From Octopus bimaculoides (Eukaryota): 41,254 nt of DNA. The translations under genes were made by a program, and so were the position numbers. Positions 33,901 through 41,254 of this stretch are shown here, in pieces (position 1 is the first letter of the stretch; every line of letters begins with the position of its first letter). The stretch lies in the NCBI RefSeq assembly GCF_001194135.2, contig NC_068981.1, forward strand, positions 81,087,425 to 81,128,678, read 5' to 3'. The notes below the pieces were generated by a model. It saw only the letters and a program-made list of their open reading frames with translations, had not been told where the DNA came from and did no database searches.

Positions 33901-36900
33901 CAAGAGAGCTGTAGTCCAGAAATTATAATAAGCAATGTGCTTGAATAGTGAAGTTATCTGCCAGCAAAACATAGAAAAAATATAAAGTATCAATAGAAGA
34001 TGTAACAAAAGACAAATAGAAGACTGTTGTACATAGAATGTTACACATATAATTGCGAATTAATGAGAAAGACGAGGCACAAGCATATTGAGAAAGTAAG
34101 AAAGCACCAACGACAGGATCCATTGTGTGGAAGGGAGACGACTGCGTTGGTTTTGACATGTAGATCGAATAGAGCCCTGTGAATTGGTGCTAGAGAAATC
34201 TGCTAGGCAGGCAAACTAAAGAAGTCTAAAGATGAGACAATTAAATCAGGCCTGAAAATTTATAAATGAAATTACAAGGATTAGGATGTATTGCACAGCC
34301 ATTCCATCATAGAAAAAATGCTGTGTGAATGCATGCATATCTATGTCTGTTATTTACACACATTTTTTCATGCAATGTGCTTAGAAAATATAAAATGGAG
34401 TAAAGAGTTTCACAGAGCAGTATGTAACAGTTAATATAAGACTAAAACATATTAAGGGGCAAAGGAATATCAGAGCATAATGATGGGAAAGAGATAGAAA
34501 ACTTTCATAACAGCTCATCAATCAGGAAAGATATCTTTAGTTTGGATATCAGTGACTTGAGTGAGCATGTCTTATAAACATAATATGGTGCAGTGCTACA
34601 TATTTGGAACTTGTAGAGTCGAAGGTAATTGAGAAAGTTGGAAATGTTGAAAATATAAGAGTTTCAGAAGTAACATGAGAGTTATTATATGAAGTGAGGT
34701 CAACCCTATAAGCTGTAATAATAAAGAGGCAATGCAGTTTTTCTTCAAAATACCATTTTGCATTTCCTGGGTGGCAGGATTGATAGAGTTACCAAACAAA
34801 ATGTCTTGCAGTTTTTCATTACAACACTTTACGTTTTGTTTTAAATCATGCCTAGGAGGACTTAGCCTTTCATCTTTCCAGGTTGAAAAAATAAATCCAA
34901 GTTCTTTTGTTTTGCTTTTTTTTTTTTTTTTTATAAACTGTTCCATATCAACAAAATAGGAGCCTTTGTAATTATGTTAGAAATCATCATTATACGTGTT
35001 TCAGGTTCCAATTGAATTTTACAATGAGGGTTATTGATTGCAGAGATTGTCTAGTAGGAGATTCTACAGCTAGATTTGCTAATTTTCAAACAAAAGATAC
35101 ATTAAGTGGAATAAGGAAGCATTTGGAAATTGAAAGTATTGTAATTTTGTTCATACAAAAGTAGATGGAAGATATATGATATGTAAAGGAATATGTTAAA
35201 AGTACTCTAAAGTAAATAAAAATTGAATTCTTTCAGAGATATTTGTTTGTAAGTAGAATATTAGTTGTTGAAATCAAATATTCAAATAAAACTTCAGTTA
35301 ATAGCACTTTATCAATATTTAATTAACACAAATAATTTTCACGTATAAACAGAGACACAGACTTAAAATGATAAAATGGGGGGAAAAAATGAATATTAAC
35401 AACACATTCAGTATATTATAAGGTGCTACAACTGATTGGGTAAAATGATTTAAGTTTTCAGATTGAGCAATAAAACTATCAAGAAACAAGTATTTTTAGT
35501 GATAGGCAACAAGAAATTAAGTCAACAAAGAATAGAAATAATTAAGATTATTACATCTGCTCCTGGAAAATGCCATACAAAGGTGTTAGTATAGAAAGAT
35601 GAAGTCACTCTGGACCTTACAACATCATTTTCTAAGGCTAGTAAAAGCAATGGAAATAATACTAAGTTATTAGAATCTATATACACCTGACCTGTTTTGA
35701 CATTCTCTTGACAGTAACTGAAAATTAGACATTGCTATATTCTCAACTTATTCATATTTGCTCTATATGTACCATAAAAAATTATACATACCGAAACTAG
35801 TGCTAGTTTAAGGATTTTTCTGTAATAAGAGATCCTTCTTGTCAAATTTTATTTGAGAAAAAGGTAACAAATGCTACAAATCTCATGGACATGGCAAGTG
35901 AAGCTAAATAAGGATTCTTTCTTAGATTAGTCTGTTTTCATATTAAAGCTTAAGAATTTGTTTTCTGAAATTGAGTAAATTTCAACCAACAAATCTGTTC
36001 TACAGATTTCAAGAAAATTTCTTAAAATAAATTTTTATAAAAATTTAAATTTCTGTTTTTAATGTTAAAAAAACCCCCACTGAAAATTGAAAATATTCCT
36101 CATAACAAAGAGGATGTTTTAGAAAGGATGATGTCCCCAGAAACACAATATTTGAATGGATATTGATATAAATAGAGCCTCCATGTTTAATACCATTTAG
36201 TTTCCATTTGATGGTTTTGTAGAATTGCAGTTCTAATTGATATCAGTAGTTAAACTGAAACATCCATTTCTAACTGTTCTATGTCCTAATTACATCCTAT
36301 TCTCATAATTTTTGTCATAGTAGCTTTTTTACTGACTAACTAGTAACATCTGTTGCATTTAGCCTGTTACATTCTTCACCTAGTTAAATCCTTGCAACCA
36401 CCACACACAAATGTTTGTACAAAAAATTTTGAAACAAAAAAAGATAGAATACTAACCCTAGTAATTGTTCTTGGCTCTGTTTAATACTATGAAGAAACCC
36501 TTGTAGCTCCCTTGCACGCTTTGTGTCAACAAACCGTTCCCGAACACATGCATCAACACACCAAGTAAATTTATGTGATGGGTCAACAGAGCAGATTTCC
36601 TGTATCTCAAGATCATGCAGTGCCATAAGAAGTTCAGCCCTCAAAGTGCAGTAATGTGTATTCCGAGTCTGTAAAAAAAGTGTCCGTAAAAATTGCAACA
36701 CCATGTCATACAGTTGCAAGCTGCGCCCTATCATGTGTACAAGTTTCTGCACCACTTCTCCTTGCCGTCGCATCCGAGGAGAAGGCATGTAGAAAACTGA
36801 TGTGCTGTTCTCATGTCCTAATAATGTCTCTTCTTTTTCTTTGATGTACTGAGAAAAAAGGGGAGAAACTTCATCTCCAAACAGCGACTGATTGTCTTGC

Positions 36901-38229
36901 CATATCTGCCTTTTAACTTCAGTTGCAGCTTCCTCATAGTATTGCCTATTGGCAGCAATCTGAACCAAATAATCTTCTTTAATCTCAGGTAAATGTTTCA
37001 ATATACACATTACTACAGGACGCAAGGTTTTTACTTTGATAGCAGGATAGCACTTTTGTAGCAAAGCCTCAAGTTTTTTAAAGCGATCCTCATCAGCACT
37101 ATTGGCCAAGTTTGAGATTTTCTGCAGCAGTTTCTCTCTCAGTTCTTCCACAACAGAAGTATGAAAATCTAAACGTCGCATTCCATGCAAATCTAGAAAA
37201 GGAAGAGCTGGCTTCAGTGACGGTAACAGAATGCCATTTTCAGACTGGAATTCTTCAATAGCTAGAAGTGGGTCTGAACAGTTGGTCAAAGCTTCACGCA
37301 GGAATTCTCCGCCAGCCATACCCAGATCTTCAAGACCACTTCCCTTCACTGAAAATACAAATATAGGGAAATTTTTTTTTTAAAAAGATAAAAAAACAAT
37401 GTATTGCTCAACGTGCAACTAGAAACTCACAATTTACCATAGATTTTAATACAAAAAATTATAAATAATGCTTACCAAATTATATAAGAAAAATATTATT
37501 GAAATGAAATGCCATTCAAAATATAATTCTATTTCTTAAATAAACACAAACTGACATTGGAATTTTAACATCTAGAAATGACAAAAATTGTCAGAGAAGA
37601 TGTAAAAAATAACATAAATATTGGCTGAATAAAATATATAGGGAAACGAGATAAATTTTAGCTGAGGAACAAAACGTTTAAAGTATATGGTTTTAATGTT
37701 GTGTATAAATGTATATACATACGTAAAAAAACATATGCACACACTTCATATATTATATATTGTGTGCATATATATATTATATATATATATTAGTTATCAG
37801 ATTATCATTAACAGTAGCTGTTATAAGAAACGTGTTAGGTTTAGATATTTGTGTAAACAGTGCAAGAAAATACGAAGAGTGAAATAGTTTTTAACATTGA
37901 TTTTGTCATCGAAAACAAACTGTATAACCACTTGAGAAACATTCTACTTTTTTAAATGATACATACAAGTAAACTAAACCAGCAAATTAAACTTTAAATA
38001 TTTTCACAAAATAAACTTTTTAAATATGTTTCTGATTGTAAGGTTTAGGCGCTGTCACGGACTTTCAGTGATTAAAACATAAGCGCAATTTGTGAATAAT
38101 GAGAAAAAAACATTTTAAACCAAAATCCTGAGGGAAGAAACAGATTATTTTTTTATTTTACGGAAAAACTTCCTTATACTTACTGATTTCTGTGACGGCA
38201 GGAATTGCCGGGTCTTTGACGTCCGTCAT
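22393..38229 (-). CDS. NELFB: Negative elongation factor B (COBRA1), complete, 582 aa. Exons 38229-38184, 37348-36457, 31181-31079, 27175-27080, 25543-25175, 24443-24321, 22512-22393
   Basis: Exon lengths 46+892+103+96+369+123+120 = 1749 nt = 583 codons, all GT-AG with matching phases. Hallmark NELF-B sequence: EEFQSENGILLPSL, KRQIWQDNQSLFGDEVSP, HYCTLRAELLMALHD, AWDMIDSQVFKEPK. Confidence 0.95.
24321..24443 (-). CDS. NELFB: NELF-B exon 6 (PGIKVKSNIVRHILRLLWYIYARLPPARL...NCE)
   Basis: Acceptor cttctatcag|CCG, donor GAG|gtaatg, 123 nt. Aligns to the human segment NVHRHALRLL. Confidence 0.88.
25175..25543 (-). CDS. NELFB: NELF-B exon 5 (GPEIFSKFLPYVVNMLVDD...CIATFDEFLI)
   Basis: Acceptor ttttacag|GGG, donor ATT|gtgagt, 369 nt. 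In frame with ORF 25136-25510. Confidence 0.9.
25885..25906 (-). mobile_element. Isolated hAT/Charlie-type terminus
   Basis: On -, GTCTAAAG followed by CAGTGGTTCTCAAC: a Charlie-like TIR beside a Charlie-like 8-bp target. No partner end found. Confidence 0.35.
26020..26600. repeat. Diverged direct duplication: 26020-26266 and 26348-26600 (offset about 330 bp)
   Basis: Shared blocks tgagattcat, ctggcagg, ctttcactg, acacaatg, gtttgaatct, ttgttctg in the same order. Confidence 0.7.
27080..27175 (-). CDS. NELFB: NELF-B exon 4 (DNNDLILLVRLMALGFAAWDMIDSQVFKEPKL)
   Basis: Acceptor ctcttgcag|GAT, donor TTG|gtatga, 96 nt. Confidence 0.93.
27897..27925. repeat. (TA)n microsatellite preceded by (TG)n
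   Basis: Read directly from the sequence. Confidence 0.9.
28170..28455 (+). mobile_element. Degraded RTE LINE C-terminal fragment
   Basis: Translates to LRDKLNIRRIRCGVQERRLC*FGHVM...RPRKTWNKV...DWQHAVLEKT, the same region as ORF 32139-32378. Confidence 0.75.
29951..30886. repeat. ~267-bp direct repeats (29951-30217 and 30618-30886) flanking a SINE
   Basis: Both copies run aatagtatcacataactg...cttaatagc and differ by about 5 substitutions and 2 indels of about 15 bp. Confidence 0.92.
30218..30617 (-). mobile_element. tRNA-derived SINE family B, full length with (CAA)n tail
   Basis: Head GGAGGTGCAATGGCCCAGTGC...GGTTTCGATTCCC. (GTT)n on + at 30218-30236. Homologous to 13834-14210. Confidence 0.88.
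31079..31181 (-). CDS. NELFB: NELF-B exon 3 (GDLAMILCDPFTLHTISLSTVKALQHCINFELLPR)
   Basis: Acceptor tttatttag|G, donor CGT|gtaagt. Matches the human segment GDLSMILCDPF...LPR. Confidence 0.92.
31530..32985 (-). mobile_element. 5'-truncated RTE LINE: RT from the catalytic DD onward, PHD-like finger, thumb/C-terminus, 3' UTR and (GAT)n tail
   Basis: ORF 32466-33071 gives DDLALIA, NLAKTKVL, SFRYLG, RIAWAKFREL. ORF 32139-32378 gives RRLCWYG and RGRPRKTW. Confidence 0.92.
32985..33150 (+). mobile_element. RTE 3'-UTR fragment in the opposite orientation, fused head to head with the preceding copy
   Basis: ctgactggctcccatgctggtggc repeat units followed by ggcattaggaagggcat, as at 16330-16640. Confidence 0.75.
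36457..37348 (-). CDS. NELFB: NELF-B exon 2 (892 nt)
   Basis: Within ORF 36384-37349. Acceptor ttttcag|TG, donor GG|gttagt. Confidence 0.95.
38184..38229 (-). CDS. NELFB: NELF-B coding exon 1 (MTDVKDPAIPAVTEI plus the A of a split ATG)
   Basis: ATG at 38229 with A at -3, 46 nt, donor gtaagt. Phase 1 matches the acceptor at 37348. Confidence 0.75.
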
Positions 38230-38946
38230 ATTGGTTTAAAGAAAACATGAATGGAGACAGAGATGAATGAAAAGATAGCAGCTGTTTAGGATCTGTAGTT
38301 TCGTACTTCAATGTCCCCGCCTTCTATATTGGAACACTGTTTGATAATTTTAATATTTTGTAAACAATATTCAGTTAGATTTGCATCGTGTCATGTAATT
38401 TTCTATCGTTTCCTAATAGTTTTAATTATAACTTTAATTCCAAGAACCCAAACAGTTTGAGAAGAATAAGTGTAAGGACATCAAATCTCAACCTTGAATT
38501 TGAGGTTTTAAACCGTAAAATATTTTTCGTTATTTGTTCACCGTTCTCGAATATTTTAAAATTCTTACTTGAGAAATATAAGTAGAAAATAAGGTTGGTA
38601 TTGCGTCATGTTCATGTATTTCTCGAAGTTATGAGCCACGTAAGCGATACCTCAACTGTTTCAAAACAGTGTATTAGGTATAATTTAAAAAACAGGTATA
38701 TTAGGTATAATTAAAAATACTAAAGTCTGAATTTCAAGAAGATTAATACAAAAAACTATTATTAATGGAAAATATACATTAAAACTAAATATAAGAGACA
38801 ATACATGCAGTCGTTTTGAGAACGAAGAAAATTCGATTTACATAAATCGCTTCCAAAACGTTGAATATACATCTGAAATCTTAATTATCAAAAGCATATA
38901 ATACATACATTTAAATTTATTTTACATAATTAAAAATATCACACTT

Positions 38947-38958
38947 AAAAAGTTAAAA
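38947..38958 (-). terminator. Pol III terminator of tRNA-Arg (T4 then T5)
   Basis: TTTT at 38958-38955 and TTTTT at 38951-38947, starting 8 nt after the tRNA 3' end. Confidence 0.75.
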
Positions 38959-38965
38959 GAGTATT

Positions 38966-39038
38966 CGACCACGACGAGACTCGAACTCGCAATCTTCTGA
39001 TTCGAAGTCAGACGCCTTATCCATTAGGCCACGCGGCC
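38966..39038 (-). tRNA. tRNA-Arg(TCG), intronless, 73 nt
   Basis: GGCCGCGTGGCCTAATGGATAAGGCGTCTGACTTCGAATCAGAAGATTGCGAGTTCGAGTCTCGTCGTGGTCG. Full cloverleaf, anticodon arm TCTGA-CTTCGAA-TCAGA, intact A and B boxes. Confidence 0.96.
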
Positions 39039-39546
39039 GCTTACCAGAAACGGTATAAATTTATCGTCAATTACATGCGAATAGATAATCAAAATGTGTA
39101 AACATATGTTAAAGACGTAAATATTGACTTATAAGTCACTAAATTTCCCTTTCTTTTCCGTCAAAAGCCTCAAATCATCTTCGTATTTATAAATGTTTTA
39201 TAATGCTAATTTCTCGCTTGGAAACTATTATAATTTGTACTCTAGCAAGCGGGGCCTCATATTAGTGAGGGGGGAAGGGAGCCGGTGAGCATTGATGCCG
39301 TCGAAAGGTAGGCCCCGAAACGGCGCGCATTCTCTCCTGATGACCCCAAACACTTGCTGGCTTCTGGTATGCGGAGTTCTCGATTGGTAGCACTTGCATG
39401 TACAAGTTGTTTGCAAAACATACACTTCTCGCTTGTAAACTTTTATAATTTGTACTCTATTATACTTAACTATTTTTTTTTTTTCGAATCCCAAGTTAGG
39501 GTTAATGTTTACAACTTGACCCGGAAAGGAAAATCAGAAAAAAGTG

Positions 39547-40302
39547 GTGCAACGGGTGTAAAAAAAACGTATAGGAAACGAATATGGAAAAAAAAATGCG
39601 CGCAAAGCAACAAGAGGGTGGGGAGAGGACCTCGGAAAATTCACAAGATCCGAGTTTTTCCCTCATAACTTTTAGGAAAATGGGGTTTTTTCAATGAAAT
39701 TTTATAGAAATACCCTTCAAACGGCACACATTACGATTATAAAGAAATTTGTGGGTAAAAATCTTTTCCAAGGAGGCGGAGNNNNNNNNNNNNNNNNNNN
39801 NNNNNNNNNNNNNNNNNNNNNNNNNNNNNNNNNNNNNNNNNNNNNNNNNNNNNNNNNNNNNNNNNNNNNNNNNNNNNNNNNNNNNNNNNNNNNNNNNNNN
39901 NNNNNNNNNNNNNNNNNNNNNNNNNNNNNNNNNNNNNNNNNNNNNNNNNNNNNNNNNNNNNNNNNNNNNNNNNNNNNNNNNNNNNNNNNNNNNNNNNNNN
40001 NNNNNNNNNNNNNNNNNNNNNNNNNNNNNNNNNNNNNNNNNNNNNNNNNNNNNNNNNNNNNNNNNNNNNNNNNNNNNNNNNNNNNNNNNNNNNNNNNNNN
40101 NNNNNNNNNNNNNNNNNNNNNNNNNNNNNNNNNNNNNNNNNNNNNNNNNNNNNNNNNNNNNNNNNNNNNNNNNNNNNNNNNNNNNNNNNNNNNNNNNNNN
40201 NNNNNNNNNNNNNNNNNNNNNNNNNNNNNNNNNNNNNNNNNNNNNNNNNNNNNNNNNNNNNNNNNNNNNNNNNNNNNTATATATATATATATATATATAT
40301 AT

Positions 40303-40378
<76 letters not shown>

Positions 40379-40769
40379 AGAGAGAGAGAAAGTAATAACG
40401 ACGGAAGGGTTAAAAAACCGTAAAAATAATTGGAGATAAAATGAAACAAAATTGAAACCAAAACATTAAAAATTATTGAAAGTGGGTAGAAATTAACACT
40501 ACGTAGTGTAGTAGTACTACGTTAGGTTATCTGTTTAAAGTTGAATGTGATTTCGGAAGAAAACGAGGAAAAACTCGGATCTTGTGAATTTTCCGAAGTC
40601 CTCTCTCCGCCCCCTTGGAAAAGATTTTACCCACAAATTTCTTTATAATCGTAATGTATGCCGTTTGAAAGGTATTTATATAAAATTTCATTGAAAAAAA
40701 AAAACTATTTTCCTAAAAGTTACAAGGGAAAAACTCGGATCTTGTGAATCTTCCGAGGTCCCGTTGCAC
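39547..40769. mobile_element. Foldback/MITE-like element spanning a gap; superfamily unassigned
   Basis: Perfect 10-bp terminal IR GTGCAACGGG/CCCGTTGCAC with AGTG on both flanks. ~155-bp subterminal IR (39627-39781 vs 40605-40761, about 90% identical). Confidence 0.5.
40278..40377. repeat. (TA)n followed by (GATA)n microsatellite
   Basis: Read directly from the sequence. Confidence 0.95.
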
Positions 40770-41254
40770 AGTGTTATTGACTTTAAATAAACTCTCGATT
40801 CAATAACACTGTGTACAAACTCTATACTTGGAATGAACAATTTTAAATACTATTGGAATCTTATATGCGGTGTGTTTTGGAGCAAAAGACTGCGATCACT
40901 TCGACATGTGACGTGTGGCACACCATGCACCTGTACAGGCAATGTTGATTTGATGGAGGGAGTGAGCTTCTGTATAACACATACATTTGATCACTACAAA
41001 CAGATCATCTGTGGAGGTAGTTCAACAAGAAATTGCGGAACCCTCGTCTGTTGTTTACAACAGGAAAGACTACCAAATGCACACACACAGATATACTAAA
41101 AATAACCCGGATTAAAAGAAAGCAGTGCGTTACTGAAAACTTCTAACGCGAAATTAATTTCCTTCTTGATTTTTCAAGTTAAAAATTGATGTGTTCCGAC
41201 TGCCCTTTTCGTTAAAAACAGAAAGCAACGACCATTTTTATGCACGAAAATAAT

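Noticed and set aside
34596-34959. 116-aa and 75-aa overlapping ORFs in NELF-B intron 2
   Set aside because: Low complexity, no recognisable homology and no splice support.
36384-36456. C-terminal LVFYLFLFQ... tail of ORF 36384-37349
   Set aside because: This is intron read-through past the donor at 36456; homology continues at 31181.
39000-39006. A37 instead of G37 in tRNA-Arg(TCG) as a sign of a pseudogene or novelty
   Set aside because: All stems, boxes and the terminator are intact, and position 37 varies among eukaryotic Arg tRNAs.
39251-39345. HDV-like ribozyme fold (7-bp P1 GGGGCCT/AGGCCCC, P3 GCC/GGT, possible TC/GA P1.1)
   Set aside because: L3 lacks the conserved U and G positions, and I found no convincing P2, P4 or J4/2 with a catalytic C. 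Kept only as an unclassified structured candidate.
39311-39350. Hammerhead built from GAAAC (39317) and CTGATGA (39337)
   Set aside because: The flanking sequences cannot form stems II and III in any permutation I tried.
39691-40461. ORFs 39691-40461, 39694-40314 and 39749-40306
   Set aside because: They consist of N-gap plus microsatellite translation.
40833-41099. 88-aa Cys-containing ORF at the window end
   Set aside because: No coherent Zn-finger spacing or recognisable family; other frames are interrupted by stops.

Overview
AT-rich eukaryotic (animal) genomic scaffold with four N-gaps (2574-2601, 7568-8058, 19058-19067, 39782-40277). The repeat families suggest an octopod cephalopod; this is inference. 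Two spliced genes converge tail to tail. On +, a BCAR3/SH2D3C (NSP-family) adaptor has five in-phase coding exons from 2843 to 18644 (775 aa visible, start codon not found and probably upstream of the window) and unexpectedly begins with half of a SAM domain. On -, a complete 7-exon NELF-B gene spans 38229 to 22393 (582 aa). An intact tRNA-Arg(TCG) gene lies about 740 bp upstream of NELF-B. The introns are packed with mobile-element remains: RTE and CR1 LINE fragments, tRNA-derived SINEs, TTAA MITEs, a hAT fossil, a probable solo LTR, a Penelope-like element with a degenerate hammerhead ribozyme, and a foldback-like element. I do not see a clear multi-gene novel system. The best leads are the SAM-SH2-GEF architecture, the hammerhead plus inverted-repeat element, a SINE flanked by a ~267-bp duplication, a PHD finger inside the RTE reverse transcriptase, the split-ATG start of NELF-B, and an unexplained GC-rich structured insert at 39.2-39.5 kb. 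All exon calls, alignments and folds were made by eye.
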